A DNA stretch of 64,000 nt from Azolla caroliniana. Its lineage: Eukaryota > Plantae > Polypodiophyta. A model generated the notes under the pieces. That model was not told the origin of the DNA and did no database searches. It saw nothing but the letters and a program-made list of their open reading frames with translations. The stretch covers positions 35,836,001-35,900,000 of the forward strand of contig JBHGNT010000001.1 of the NCBI GenBank assembly GCA_043228905.1. The letters run 5' to 3'. This document shows, piece by piece, positions 37,290 through 52,913 of the stretch. The stretch's first letter is position 1; every line of letters starts with the position of its first letter. The position numbers were made by a program, and so were the translations under genes.

Positions 37290-40200
37290 AAAAGCACACA
37301 ATTATTTTAATTGTATGTAAAATCCACTTAGTTACAACACTTCTTAGTCTCCTCTACCTATCACATGCCTATGTAGGGAGAGGGACGTTCTATAATGCTA
37401 TTAAATAACCTAAATATGCATTTGAGGAAATGATCCCCACATGCGCTAACATCCAAAAATTCCACATGAGAATACCTTTAAGCTTCTTTATATAGGCTTT
37501 CACCCCATGTTTATTATCAAACATGAAAGCATTACGCATATTCCAATTGTGTTGTGGACCCTAATAACGTAAAAATTGGAACAATATCTCCATCTCATCA
37601 CTTGAACCATTTTGAACATATTCAGAAAAAACCCATTGTTGAAGTCTCAAACAACGAGAAGTTAAAACTTGCCAAATGTCCGATAAGTACTTCCAAATGG
37701 TACACGCTATAGGACATTTAATGAACCTATGTGTACTATCCTCTCTCTCTCTCTCAATATAATATTAGCACTTACACACACATATACATATGAATGTCAC
37801 AAGATAATATCAAGACCACTTCTCTTATGAAGATGTATATGACACACATACAAGCGGTAGATTGGTTAGGGTTTGGATAATTAGCTTTTGAGCTTGATCG
37901 TTCTTCAACTCAAGTGAAAGGTAAAGATGAAAGATGTAGAGTTATAGAACAAATTATGCGAAAAGAAAAAATGCCAAGAAGGAAGGAGAAACCCCAAAGC
38001 CACAAAAAGGAGATTTTTATAGCTTTTTACAATAAGATTGGGCTCCTTTTACATTAGGATGCCCATTGGTACAAGTTTTATAGTGAGATTTATTCTATCC
38101 CCCCTTTTCTAGTGTGTCCTTTTGAGCTTTGTATATATTCTTCGTGTTGATGTCTTCATGTTTCTTGTCCTAGATTGCAAGTACTTAATAGTTATTCTCA
38201 TCGTGTTATGACTCAAATTTATGTGTTACTTCATCGTGCATATTGAGTTGGATCACATGGCACTTGAACTAATAATAAAGATTTGTGTGCATTTTGTGCA
38301 AATAAAGAAACACATTCAGGTATTCCAAAGTTCTCACCTTCTTATTTCAACCTCACATAATCTACTTCTCATCTAAATTTGTATTAAGGCCATATATACC
38401 AAGCACCCATGAGACAATGAAGCATACATTAAGTTGTGTTTACTGGAAATCCCCAAAACTATTTAGCATAAAGAATTCTCAAATGCTTCCTAGACCTTCT
38501 TCCTTCTTTTGTTTTTAATGAAGTACATTATAATCATGTATTCTAAAAAAGAAGTTTGTTCTCAAAAAGTTCTAATGTGTTATTTTGTTATGTCTTATAT
38601 ATGTATGCAAACCAAACAATTTCACTAGCAAAAGTAAACCAATATTATGCCTTAAATCATGACTCTCTTCTTCTTCTTTTTTAATTTCCCAAAAAATTAC
38701 TACTTCCATTAGTTAAGTCAATGTACATAGGATAATATACAATTCATATCTTACAAGCCAACTTCCATGGCTATAAAGAAACCAACATGTATAAAAGAAT
38801 CAACAAAAAACTCATAATCACCGCATCATCCGATTAGCACAATATTCCTCGACTGCATACCCTCAACGTGAGTGAACCTCATGCAACCCTAATTCATGAC
38901 TATTTTGCTTTGGGCTTGTGATTCTATATTTGACATGGAATTTTACGCCCTACAGTACAACTCTTAGCAAAGTTATGAAATGACTTAATCAAAATAATTG
39001 CTTTTTTACTTATCATCTACTATTGAGTTCAAGCATTGATTCATGATGTAGGCCACATTGACTACCGTGTCCACTTTGCATGAATGTGGCATGTTCATTC
39101 CATTCATGATGGTGCTAGCCATTACCATAATGTGATGATTCTTTCACTCCGCTACTCCATTTCTTTTGAAATATGAAGGGTTTTATAATTCCAAATACGA
39201 CATCAAAACTTGAACACACAATCTTATCTTAAGTCATAAAGATAGAGGTTTTACCATGTGATTGTCTTAGTATATTTGAAAAAAAACATTCAAATTTCTT
39301 TGAATATTAATAATCGGAGATTAGAAAACAAGCATTATATTTTGTTTATGTGCTTGCTTCTCCCTGTATACAAACACAATCCTTCGTATTGTAAATTTTG
39401 TAACGGAAGGAAATACTAACTTATTGATTGACTCTTCAAAAAAGGAAAATTTGGGTGAAATGAAAATATTGATTGTGTTATTTAATTCTCTTGATATACG
39501 ATAAACTTTTGTACCTCAAATAAGACAAAATATCAATGTGTTTTGTTATTTCAACATTTCTACTCTAAAGGCCAAGTTTATGAGCCATTATGCACTCATA
39601 AATAGTCATGTGTCACTTTCTAGTCTTATATATTATTTTGTTAGTGAATATTACCACACCAAATTAGTTGTTATATATATGTGCTATTTTTTTTCCAAAA
39701 AAAAAAGTGCTCTTATGTGGACAATACGAAAAATAAACAAATTAACCATGCCATTCTAGGAGATTTCCTTCGGTGGAAAGGGAATTCAAAAAAGGGGAGC
39801 ATCTTCCTTGGAGTGTTGATCATAAGCCTACATTTTGCCATATTTATTAACATTGAGCAAAATCTTATGTTGGAAAAGTATTGTTGATTCCAAACGCAAT
39901 ATATGCAAATCATCACCTCAATGTATGTGATTGATTCGCAAAAATACATTACTCATAAACATTATCTAGCCTTGATCAATAGAATATGTATTGATGAAAA
40001 CCAAGTTTACTATTAATTAAAGCATTGACAAGTTTTTTGAAAATATATTAAGAAAAAGCGTTGTTTATAGAATTTTACTTATTTTTCTTAAACCCATAGA
40101 TTTATATACCAACACAACACATATGATTTGAACATGTGTTTTTGCTATCATTAAATATCAAGAAAATAAAGGAATTTGAAAAGTTTTGTCCAAATTAGAG

Positions 40201-42027
40201 ACACGGGTATAAACTTGCTCATTACATTCATGATTATATCTAAATTGTAAGGTGGCGCTTGCCTTTAGAGGCATCCATCCATACATCAAAAGATGAGGGT
40301 GCAAAAAAGTGAAATTTTCCTAGTCGACAATGTGGTTAATTTTACATGTTAATGTGTTTGTGATTGCATGCACATGGTTCACATAACTATTTATAGTTTC
40401 AAATTTAAAATCATGTGTGCACCAATTCATATGAAACATATACCAAGCGGTCAATTGAAGCAAGGGACGAGTAATGAGTCCACAATAATGTCTACCCATC
40501 ATTGTTCCAATTCGTGCTAGTAAGGTTAGGTCGAGGAATAAGCACAACAACTTTTTTCATTTTCTTTATTAATGTTTATTTGGAGACATTCTCACTTTAG
40601 ATGTTTATTTCCATGTACACACGTCATGTGCTCCACTTTGTGTCTTCGCTTTACTTGACGCGATAGAAGAGAAAAAGTGGCATTCTCTTTGTATTGTGTA
40701 GGACACAACGAATATTGTTACTTAAAGATACTTAAGCAACAAAACATTAGGACACCTAGGTGAGCTAGAATGGATGTAATGACGGGTTTGTATGAACAAT
40801 GAAATCATTGTGCGGGGCTCCTTTAATGCACGAATGAGCAAATACAACAGGAATACCCCAAAACAATCGAAATTGAATACAAATGAAAATGGTTGCACTC
40901 ATTTTTTTTGGTGGAATTATTGATGTGGTTCATCTTAACATTACTTCTTAATGAATGCAAAGAAGGAAAACAACGAACTATTAGGACAAAAGGCTATTAG
41001 TTTTGCATCTAGGTAATGAATCTACACAAGGACTTTTCTGTTGACATTTTGAAATGTGTGATGAACAATGGCTATGTGTGAGAGTCATGGAAAGATGGAT
41101 AAGTAATGGCCTATAAAAAGAAGAGAGATGAGAAAAGGGAAAGATATACAATTTGATATGCTCACTCTTGTAGTGTCGTGTTTTCTATAACCACTCGTGA
41201 GAGATGAACTTTCTCATATCCTTGTATACGTTATTCTACAGTGCATTCAAAAGGTTCACTTTTGTTCACATGTTCTTAATAGGTGTCACACTTGCTTTTC
41301 ATTTGGGTTGAGTTGGCACATAAGCTCAAATACATGTAGGATGCTTCGGTAGCACATATAAGGCATGCATCATCACATTTGAGTATGGAGTCACATAACT
41401 ATTTTATTCTTTTCTCAAGCAATGCCTTTACATGTATTTTACCATGGTTGGTCTCACACATTCTCTATATCACACAACCAATTGGTCATACGTAATATTG
41501 TTTTGGAAAAGCTAAAATCTCATCAAACCGTGTGTGGAGACAAGCATTGTGTGGTTTCTCATAAGTTTGTTTTCAAACAATGCCTTGCGCCCATGCCCCA
41601 ATAGGTCAAGGAGTCGTTTGCTAACAATGTATATCCTAGATATAACCTAAACAATATCATTTGAGGATTTAACATGGTCACAACTCACCAACAATTTGCA
41701 TTATTGATCAAACACACTAACGATGTGGTAACCATTTTGATATGAGCACGATTAATTGATAACTATTAATCGTTAGTTGAACATATACCGAAATTTGTCA
41801 AACATTAGCTCGATTAAATGAAACTATGGGCATCGACATTCTAACCGTGAAAAGAACACCTTGAAGGGCAACGTAAAAGATGATCGATGGTGATTAAGTT
41901 GAAGCATTATCTTATTGAAATAGAGAGGGTAATTAGCGAGTGTGCTTGCAAGGTGAGTAGTGTGCGATACATAAGCATCACATGATTGGCAAAAACCACA
42001 TTCATCACGAGAGTAGCCGAGGCTATT

Positions 42028-42138
42028 ATGTATGTATGCGAATGCGAATGGGTATGGGTATGCGTATGCGTATGCGTATGCGTATGGGTATGGGTATGCG
42101 TATGTGTATGGGTATGTTTATGTGTATGTTTATGTTTA

Positions 42139-42199
<61 letters not shown>

Positions 42200-42240
42200 G
42201 TGTACGGGTACGTGTACGTCTATCTGTGTATGTGTGTGTA
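42028..42240. repeat. Compound hexamer microsatellite (ATGNGT)n upstream of the kinase gene
   Basis: ATGCGT/ATGGGT/ATGTGT arrays; they generate the spurious MC/VY/CV-repeat ORFs. Confidence 0.92.
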
Positions 42241-42391
42241 TTTCATTCTCTCTCTCTCTCTTTGGTGTCTTCTGTTTTGTGAGCTCGTCCCCCCCTCTTC
42301 GTCGCTAGATATTATTCCATAATCTCGACTAAATTCTCCACTGCATAGTCGCCGTTGAATCCATGCCCATGTCCTTGCAGAGGATTCGGAG

Positions 42392-45300
42392 ATGATGACG
42401 AACATGTTCACGTTGGTCCAGAGGAAACAGAGATGGCAGAATCAAAGCTATTTCTTGGAGCATAGACATGGCCCTCGTAAGTCTCCGTCACCAGAGCTCA
42501 TCCTTGTCCATCTTCCTGTTGCTCCTTCAGCAGCATTTGATCTTCTCTGCTGGACTATAAACATGGCCGCTTATCCCAGAGACTCTGTTATTGCTCTTGG
42601 TCAGGGTGTGCATCTATTCTCCTCTTTTTCTAATGAATCATCTACATGAAATCTTTGGATTCACTGTACAGGATGATGCTTTTGGAAAGAACTGCATTAA
42701 TGGGTTCGAAACCATTTTTTATTATAGATACATTGCAGGGAAATCCGGCCGAAGATCTCAATGGCCTGTTCAAACCATTGCGAGATTTGTGTGACATGAA
42801 AGAGGTGAGCTTTGAATTGATCACCAGAAGTTGCAATTTTTCTTTAGCAAAATCAATAAAACCAAAGAATAAGAAGGTTCATTTTACGAATCTCTTTAAG
42901 GTGCACTTTGAGATGAGAATTTCGAACCATAGTTGTGTTGAGAAAATGCTGCTAGATGAAGTCTCATCCATGAGGGCGACAATGCTTGTTGTTACTACAT
43001 CAGTGCCGCATTTACCAAGGTATTGTTGAATTGGTGAAGCTGATTTCCAGCTGTTCTGGTTGGGAAACATACATATACATGTATGTATGTGCATATATGT
43101 TCCATTATGTTACACATGTATGTGTATACGTCTAATGCAATGTCCATGTGGGTGTAAGTGTCATATATGTGTATGTGTCATGTACGTACATATGGGTATA
43201 TGTGTCATGTATATTTATATGTGTATATCTGTAATATATATAGGTGTATGTGTATGCATTTGCGGGTATATGTATAATGCATGTGTAGTGTATGTTTATC
43301 TGTGTATATGTGTGTATTTCCATGTGCATGTCTGTATATTTGTATTTGTAGATGTTTACACATATGTATATATTTATGTGGTGGTTGATGGTGTGTCTTT
43401 CCTTATCTTGCGAGATGTATTCCTTCAGACATGCACGAAGGAAAGGAAACTTTCTATGCAAGCAGTTGCCAGCTGGGTGTTCAGTAGTTGTAGTGAAGGA
43501 CTACAAGGTTATTTTCTACAGCAAAAACGATTATCGAGCCACTTCAGCACAGAAATTGTTCATATCGTCAGAGAGAGGTCTTTCTTGTGTGCTACGAAAA
43601 TATAAATATATTGAACTCAATGATATGGTTTCTCATTAGCAAAAATCTTGCTACATAATTAGCCAGCTAATAAACTTATCAACCGTGTGTTTTAAGAATA
43701 TTTATACAGAGATATTCTCTTATCACATATTTGAAGGGATATTACTATAGATTTTTGCCAGTTATGGAAATGGGAATAAAAATACCAACGAAGTTGAGGA
43801 AAATTTGAGAGCGACCATTATAATCTGAAGAATCATTTGTGTATGTAACATATGTATGCATGGGATAAATTGCCAAATAATATTCTGTCTCATTATTCTG
43901 ATTCTATTGTACAATGTTCTACATTGCAGATAGAGCTCTACAGATCCAAACTGTGCCTTTGACATCTAATGAGATGCATAACCACCACCATACTATTTCC
44001 ATGTCATGTAACAAGCCATTACCAGCTGAGATGAATTCACCAAATAGAGTTCTAGATGGCCCAGATGTTTTCTATGAATCAGGTTATGTTCATGATTCTG
44101 GGGATCACATTTTATTTTCTCGATCACTGTCAAAGAAATCTCTGATTACATGTGGGACATCTTCTTCTCATGGTGAAGATGAATTTATTTATATTAAACA
44201 ACCCCATGGATGCCTTAACATTTGGAGAGAGAGTCATCAAATATGTCATTCCTTTACATTTCCATGTGCTGCTGCTCGCCAATTGAAGCGGACACTTCTA
44301 TTTAACCATTGCAAGTCATTTGGGCACATTTTCAAATCATATATGAGTAGTTTCTGGATCACAAGACCTCTTAAAACAATCAATACAAATAAATCAAGCA
44401 ATATTGCTAACATGTCTTTAAAGATCTTCACATTTGAAGAAATTTCAAAGGCTACAAATTTATTCAGCCATGGTATTCAATAGTCTGCCTTGTTAGTGGA
44501 TGTGTTTTTCTTTGCTTGATGTTCTCAAAGGATTTAAGTTATACTGTCTTTGTAAAAGGTAATGTGGTAGGAAAAGGGGGACATTCGGAAGTTTACAAAG
44601 GATTGCTTCCTGGAGGCCAATGTATTGCTGTAAAAAGGCTGATTCAGACCGAATCTGGGGATCAGAAAACAATTGACTTTCTGAATGAGCTGGGGATAAT
44701 TTGCCATATGTCACATCCCAATATCATACACATCATTGGATTTTGTGTGGAGAGTGGATTTTATCTTATTTTCCACTTTTTGGAACATGGAAGTCTAGCT
44801 TCCTGGCTCCATGGTAAGGATACATTGTCTTTATTAATAATCTTTTTTAAAATTCATGAAAACACAAATTCATTATTGTTTCCCTGTACAAGCTCTGATA
44901 CATGCATATATTCTTTCCATATATAGACATTCATACATGGCCAATCAGGTTTAAGGTAGCTGATCCAAAATCTTATTTATTTGCAGGTGGAAAGAAATTA
45001 AAATGGTCAGTCAGGTATAAGGTTGCAGTGGGCACTGCCCGTGGCTTAAATTATCTCCACACGGATTGCCCTCGTCGTATCATCCATCGGGATATTAAGG
45101 CTTCCAACATTTTGTTGGGTCCAGATTTTGAGCCACAAGTACGTATACGAAGAAGGAGAAAAAGAAAAAGAAAAAGACAAATAAAGAAAAAGAAAAGCCC
45201 TTGAAATGTGGGTATAATATTTCTTAACTGTTTTTTCACAATGGCAGGTATCAGACTTTGGGCTTGCTAAATGGTTGCCAGATCAGCGCTCTCATCATGT

Positions 45301-46159
45301 ACCGATGCCAATTGAAGGAACATTTGGGTTTGTAATTATTGTTAAAATTTCGATGTCCAAACTCATTATCAATGAGTGTATAATCCATAAAAAAGAGTCC
45401 ATGTGATATTTTCAAGCAGGTATCTTGCTCCCGAATATTTTATGCATGGGATTTTAGATGAGAAGACAGATGTTTTTGCATTTGGAGTCTTGCTTCTTGA
45501 ACTTATCACGGGACGCAAACCTATTGAAGAAGGCCTGCAGTCCAACTTAGTCGTATGGGTATGCCATTGAAATCGGTGATATACATACATGCACATATAT
45601 TTATTTGCATATACATAAGATGTAATACAAGGTGTACACATTTGAACATAGATTTCATTGTATACAATGATTTAAGCCACACCATGTACCATGTTGAGGT
45701 TGGTTTCAATGACTTTTTCTATTGTTGTGCTTCCCGATAAATGTGTCCAGGCAAAGCCTTTCTTTGAAGCAATGAATATCCAGGAGCTTGCAGATATTCA
45801 TCTCTATGGGGATTATAATTCACAAGAGATGCAATGCATGATGATGGCAGCGGCCCTTTGTGTTCAACCATCGCCACAATGTCGCCCTTCCATGGCTCAG
45901 GTTGGTTTTGAATGCATTTTTCTATTATAAATTTCAGTTCTCTAAATGTTCTTGGCTTATTATATGTGTATGCTTGTAATTCTTCACATAGGTTTTGCAA
46001 CTATTAACAGACGAAGTAAGCTCAGATGGGGTAGATTCTTTAAGCATTTTTTCGTCCCAATCTCTTCACATTCAAGACCCCATTTTTGATGATGATTACA
46101 ATTCGACACGTTATCGCAATGACATGCGTCGGCATCGAGAAATCGCCCTGCAATTCTGA
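42392..46159 (+). CDS. Receptor-like cytoplasmic kinase, RLCK-VI/RBK (ROP-binding kinase)-like, with N-terminal USP-like domain
   Basis: Exons about 42392-42605, 42728-42804, 42901-43019, 43429-43577, 43930-44472, 44559-44813, 44987-45138, 45248-45327, 45420-45558, 45751-45900, 45992-46159. USP-like [19 protein letters not shown] and LRDLC..VHFEMRI. Kinase motifs [71 protein letters not shown]; C-terminal YNSTRY. The 5' exon junctions are less certain. Confidence 0.9.
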
Positions 46160-46379
46160 CAAGTCTTTAACGTAACCGTATCCTTGACATTCTTTTCTTG
46201 TTCTTCGTTTATACATCCAATGGACAATGTGTAAGATAACATGGTTGGGTTTCAGATAAAGTAAACCCCTTTATAGAATACCTGCTTTCACCTCACATTA
46301 TTAACTCGACCTCTTCCACCAATAGGAACTTCGATTGATACCTAACGGCACTTTTATACCAGTTACTTGGTGTAACCCA

Positions 46380-47200
46380 AGCTTAATATCAAAATAATAT
46401 ATATTGAATTCATTAGGGGTCAAGGGTTTGTAAGCTTTTGAAGATGGACCCATTAACGATATTCCTTCCACCTTTCATCATGGGTGAAAAAAACCTCCCC
46501 CTATCATAAGTATTTGTCAATATAATCTAGAGACAACAATCATGAGCATTGTATATAACACACTCGTCATCACCAAGAACGGATCTACAAAAATAAGTGA
46601 ATAAATTTTTGCACCTTTAATTTTATGATAGCAAATTGTGGCCACCTACATCATGCAAGGTGATGGGGTATGGATACATAACCACATTCCTTCATCGTAC
46701 AAAGTGATGGTATGATATGGATTCCCCTTACCTTTTGTCACAAAATTATCTTGACCTTTTCATCATGATCCTTCAGTCCACACTTCACCTATGCTCCTGT
46801 CTCCAAGGGTTTTTAGAGTGGAAGGCATATTAAATGGGTACAAAAAAGCATGACCTGAAAGGTTGGTGAGGCATAATTTTATGGTTGTGTTTTTTTTTGT
46901 TTACTATGTGTTATGGGGATATGACAAAGGGTGCAAAAGAGCCATGGAACCCGAGGCAAAAGAAGAAAAAAGACAAATGCAATGAATTTTGTGTGAGTAT
47001 TCTGGTAGCCTCAATGAATTTGGGAGACAGTTTTCTAGGGTGTACGTTTCAGTATTTAAAAAGCACAGCAAAATACATCATATGCCTTGTGATAATTAGA
47101 TGCTCTTTCCTCTCTAAAGTGATAGAATTGTTGTCCATAGAGAGGGAACCCACACCAAGAGTGTCCCTACCTTTCTAACTATTTACTGCGGATTTTCCTA
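46380..47200 (-). mobile_element. Possible highly degraded Ty1/copia pol remnant
   Basis: Weak translated motifs (GRDTLGVG; GISLMGPSSKAYK, resembling the copia GY...SKAYR) among many stops. Confidence 0.3.
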
Positions 47201-48563
47201 AGACCACCCCTAACTTTCAAATTATTTATTAGGTTTGTTTGAAGAGTACCATTGACTTTCTATTGATCAGGATGCCCATGAGATTAAAAATCTCCCCCAG
47301 AAAACAAAGGTTTATTAAAGCAAAGGGCATCTTTTAAAAAGTTAAGCATTTTGTCAATCATTTGAAGATCAAGGGTGATGTAATTTGGGCTTAATCATGC
47401 AATTAAGGTTGATGCATGAATAGTAATGTGAGAACATAGGCTCATATTTGATGAATGTACTAATTGGGACTTGGGTAATTCCCTTCAATTCAACTTGTAT
47501 TTCTGAAATTGAGTGCATCCAAAGTTTCACAATTTATATGAAAATTACTTCGATATACATACGTGTAAGAAATTCAAAGAGTATGCCTACTTAAAACAAA
47601 TACGTATATGTGGTTGTCAAGGTTAGGGATTGCTAATCGCACAAAATTTAAGATTAAAATAAATAGGTAAACCTTAAATAATGATTACGATAAAATATTT
47701 GTTATTTTCATAATATCTTAATTATGAAATTGCTTCCTTAATTAAATGTGAGATCAATTGTGTAGATTGAGCTAATAAATTATCCTTATGTGATTTTAGA
47801 ACCCATTATCCCAACATTATTTTGAGATGCTGCAAAGTGTTCAGGTAATAGTTTCGCCCTAATTAGTTAGATTTGGGTAAGGTAAACCCTCTCACATGTT
47901 GTAATACTAGCTGACATGAATCTACTTCTTGAGACAACGTCCCCATACAATATACTTGTGAAATTGCCCAATTAACTGCCTTTTCAGCCTATTGAGTTCC
48001 GTGGTATGTCTCAAAGAGCATCAAAGAAGAACCCATTCTCTCTCTCTCTCTGGTATTTATATCTTCTTCTTGACCATAGTTTCTAGAATAGCATATCATC
48101 AAACGGCAATGGGCCCAAGACAGTCTTGGAGTTGATAAACGACAATAACTGATTATTCAAAATCCAAGTCAGCCTACTATGTGGACTGCAGGAAGTGGGT
48201 TAGATCAATTCAGTCTGTATTCACTTTTCACGTCATAATCCTAGTAGAAGAAAAGAAAAGATGCACTATAAAAGAGAAGAACACATAGAAATGCCATTGA
48301 GAGATTGGACGGATAAACAATAGGATTTGAAATTGGAACCCAAATTTCTGATTCCTCACCAGGATTACATTTAAGATAATGTATCTAATTAATTCCCCAA
48401 GATCATTTAGTAGACTTGCCTTTTCTCATTTAATAATGCGCTATATGCTGCTTTATTAGCATAGACAATCCTCATAATGGTCATCCAAACACATGCAACA
48501 TATTCTAGCCCTCAGCAATGTTGCTTCTATCTTGTTTATCATTTATTCTAGATTACTGATGGA

Positions 48564-51500
48564 TCACCGCACGATCGACCTAGCAAGCAGTAGTTTATTT
48601 TCTGGTGTTATACTTGATGGAACATAAGAAACTAATTGAGCACCCATGCCATGATGGATGAGCCAATTCAGCCTACCAATATCCAGTAACTGCTTGCATT
48701 TTAAACCTAATGTCACTCGGTTTGCTGGTTGTGAAAAAAACTCATTGATATCCTCTCGTCCAGCTTGAAATTTCCTGGAAAGGACCTTTCCAATAACCCA
48801 TCAGGCACAAGAACAAACAAACGAGTTTACACGCATTAGGAAACAGACACTAACCGAGACTGTATTGATGTCAAATCATATAACAGTTCTCCCTGGTTTG
48901 ACAACTGATTCATTTGTGTATGTTCATCTGAGAGGCCATTCCTATCATAAGACAAGGCCCCACTGGTAAACCATGTGATTACATGAAAGTCTTGTTTTGA
49001 GAAACCCATTTTCCTGAAGAAATCCTTATCTGTATAGTGACAATAAAAGTCAATAGAACATCAAACAAACTACAACCTGTATACATAGAAAATGGACGAA
49101 TGTGTTTAAGTTACGTTTCAGGGACACATTATATCCTCTCAAAAATTTAGTACAACAGACCGGGTGCTTGCTAAGAATTTTTTTGGCACAGGAGAACTTG
49201 AACAGTTCATATATTAAATAAGTTATAAAGAGGTGCCCAGCCCTGATGGTAGATATTACTTAAAGGATCTGTGAATGGGGCTAATAATAAACAAGCACAT
49301 GTGCCAATTAATTTGAGTGAAGCAGGCTTACTTCCAAGTTCTCGGGCTTTATTCATAACATGCACACTACATCAATAGAAATTAGGCAGTCTTCAAAGAG
49401 ATCGAAGGTGAATTGTTTTATAAGTTTTTTCTTCTCTTGTTCCTGCTAGTAGATCTGTGTCATTTCCTAAGAGCTAGGTGCTTGAAAACATAACTTTTCT
49501 GTTGGTTGTTTTAGATCATCTCGTAATCCATCAAGATAATCAGGTCTTGCACTTGAATCAGACAAATTAACAATACCAGTCTCAAAGCCAGGATGAAATT
49601 CCCCTAAAACACAGAATTAATGCATGTCAAAATTTTCATGTCATAAACTTCCATGGTCTTATGTATTGTGCAACACTACTCATTGAAATTTAAGCATCTA
49701 ACTACAAAAAACTAGAGATGGCTTTTTTGACTGTGCTTCCACATGAAAACTACCTCGTATCCTATCCTAAGAGACTTTATCTGAGTCATATAAACATCAG
49801 TTTCAATGATATAAATGAATATATCATAATCGACCAGACAAGCCACTGTAAAACAGAGAAGGTTGTACAATGTAAACTCTAAAAAAAAGAACATACAAAT
49901 CTCATTCAGAACTTCAAATCATAGATAACTAACCACAAAGCTAAAAGACCCAAATGGTTATGGCTCTGAACACTTACTGACATATGACTTCCACTGGCAA
50001 AGATGGTGACAACAAGTTGCTATGGAAAGCCCATCAAATAAAGGGACAGAACCTTGTGATAACAAGTCGCTTTTGGGACCAAGACAACATCTTAGAGTCA
50101 AATCTGCACATTGCAACTCGAAATAAGAAAATAAAGATCGCGGAGAAATGAAGTCAAAATGAAACAGGTGTAAAAAATTAGATGCTTCAGAGAACCATTG
50201 AACATAAAACAAGAAACAAGCTTAAGAATATAATTTGTTCCCCACCACCAAGATCTCAAGCTCTGCCATCAAGCTTAATCAGTTCGTTCCCTCATTAAAC
50301 CCTGTGCAGCCCACTAAAGTGTGTTATTGTGCAATGTTTATATACCTGTAGCATTTCCGCACAGATGTTTGCTCAATGCAATATAGTGCGAACCCTGTAA
50401 GGACTGGATGCCAGACAAATTCAAATGCTCAACTGCACAAATGAAGAGATACAAATTTCAGATTTCATTAAAATCATTTGTTTACTTTCCATCAAATAGT
50501 TACTTATGCTCATTGATTTTATTATGCAAATCTACATGAGTCCAAATTTTCCAATGGCCATAATAAATATGTCAAACGTGTAAAAGACTTATGATTGTAT
50601 GCCATATTCACTATATGACCAGAAAACTGATTCTACACACATGAACAAGCAACAACCAAGGTCCTTTTTATAGTTCCCCCAAAAATAATGATCCAAGACT
50701 ACACAACTGATGGGCACACTCCAAAAACCAGCAATTTAAAGAAGTTGAGACACAGAACCTAAAACAGGTGCTCTCAAGTAAAGTTGTGCGTATAATAAAA
50801 ATGATTATGCCAATAAGGGAAGGCATCCACTATGTTGATGCAAAGACCACGTGCGCAATGTTGAATAGTTGCAATCAGAGCATCATACATTGTAGGGCCA
50901 AAGGGGCACGGCAGAAAACATTTGGTGGGAGACAAGGAAGGTCTACAATTAATTCATCCACATCTGAGGAAATTTGGTGAAGGAATTAGAAGATTGATCT
51001 TGACAGCACCATTTTATCTCCTTGTATTGGGTCTATATGATAAAGAGAACACAACCAGAGAACAATGATATGCAATTATCAAGTGTCTTTGCGATTGTTA
51101 AAGCCCAAAAATGATGCAAGAAACAGAGAGGGACCCAGGTATCGAGAATTTGTAAAGCAGACTTTATCCTCAAAAACGTAACAGTTTTATTGAGAAAGGT
51201 CCCTTAAGAAAATTTCTGTATTTAGATTTGGTTGTACCATAGATTTAATACCAGAAAATTTATGCTGTTACTTGAATGGTTAAATGCACGAGGCTACATT
51301 TTATTACATATCATTGAACCAAATGCACAAAATCAAGTATTGACTGGTTTACATACTGTCAATTAGAATACGTTCAAATGACACATCTGCATTCTGCCGC
51401 AAAGTTCTGTCTGCCTGCATAGTCATTATTAAGATAGACTGAATTAATAAAGAGTGGCATGAATATTGTCGAAACTTGAATGATCATGTCTTTATATATC

Positions 51501-52811
51501 AAGAAAATCTGAATTCATAAAGAGCAACATAAATATTGCTGAAACTTGACCAATAACACCTTGAACTTGTAGGGTCTACGGTCTATAAAAATGAGCTTTT
51601 TCGCATCATAGCAATCTGCCAGCATATGCGTTAAGTAACCTCTTCCAGCACCAAATTCTATAAACACAGGTTCGTCCTTAAATTGAGAAAATCCCTTGTC
51701 TTCGTCTGCATCATTAGGCTGAGGTAGAAGACCGAAATTCTCCATGTTGCCAAGCATGGATGCTTGTTGCATAGCATGCTTTTCTTGAAATGGTACTCTC
51801 CTAATGCACAAAACTGTCAGTTCATCATAGTCTGTGAATTTTCTAAAATGTTTGATCTATTAGGGATTTTCAAGTCGCAGAAACAGACTTGCATTCGAAA
51901 GATAATTTGCTATGATTGCATCTTCCTCACCTGTCCAATCCTGATTTTGCATCAATCCATTTACTACATGCCGAAGGTTGCTCAAATGCAAAATCAAATT
52001 TGCCTTTGCAATGGGTATGGTATGCCAGTTCTATCTTCACGACTAGCCTCTCCAATTCCTCTTTTGGTAAAGAATTGAAACACGAACGCTTTGCATTCGA
52101 GGTCCAGTAACCCTGCAGTCTTCTATTTTGCCCATCTTCGCCAAAGGCTTTCCCCCTAATAGTCCCACCAAGTTCACTATCCATGCCATTGCGCGACCAT
52201 GTTTGTTTAATTCCTTTGTGCTCCAGCATAATGACACCACCATCATCCTTGTTGTCAGCTTCATCATTATCATGATCTAAATCGTAATCGTCTTCATCAT
52301 CATCACTGCCTGCATTCACGCCTTGGACATAATATGGCATGCTCTCCAGCTCCTGGATCCGCAAAAAGGTCGGGCATCTCTTAGTATGGGCATCTACCTC
52401 TGTCTTGAGTATGTGGCTGCAAATCTCCCATATTTACTTTAGAGAATGAAACAAAAAAAGGACACATACAGAAAATGCAAAGACAAGACTGAAGGTTACT
52501 CACTGAGATGGGTCAATGGGACAAGGGACCCTTGCCTCCACATCCGGCGGCTTATGGTTCCCACAATACCTAGAAAGATCAAATCTCGTTCATATTCTCT
52601 TACAACATCAATCCGCAACATTCAACCGCAGCATACATCCAAAACGTTTTCCTTCATAAAAGAGCTATATCCTATCCTACCCCCAACAACGCAACAAAGC
52701 CAAACGAGTGTTAAAAGAGACATACGAGACGTTTGGAAGCGCAGAGGCAGAGCAATTTCGGCCTTTTCGAGGGAGCCATGTCTGGCAACGGCGGAGGTCT
52801 TCTTCCATCAT
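48564..52811 (-). CDS. TRM13: tRNA:m4X 2'-O-methyltransferase TRM13
   Basis: Exons 52811-52726, 52569-52504, 52416-51931, 51800-51560, 51414-51357, 50432-50346, 50103-49978, 49029-48855, 48774-48564. Zn-finger motifs RCQTWLPRKGRNC..YCGNH and RVPCPIDPSH; KHAMQQASMLG; EFGAGRGYL; LSKHLCGNATDLTLRC; IATCCHHLCQW; GLKCKQLLDIGRL; YVPSSITPENKLL. Confidence 0.95.
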
Positions 52812-52877
52812 AACCACAGGTCAAGGGCGGAGGAAGAAGCAGGTGGGACATTCCATTCCATTCAAGCAGAGAGCCTC

Positions 52878-52913
<36 letters not shown>

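Noticed and set aside
42605-42730. Apparent frameshift between ORFs 42392 and 42646 of the kinase
   Set aside because: Resolved by a phase-1 GT-AG intron at 42606-42727.
41982-43605. Cys/Met/Val/Tyr-rich ORFs (metallothionein-like appearance)
   Set aside because: Translations of TG/TA-rich microsatellites upstream of and within a kinase intron.
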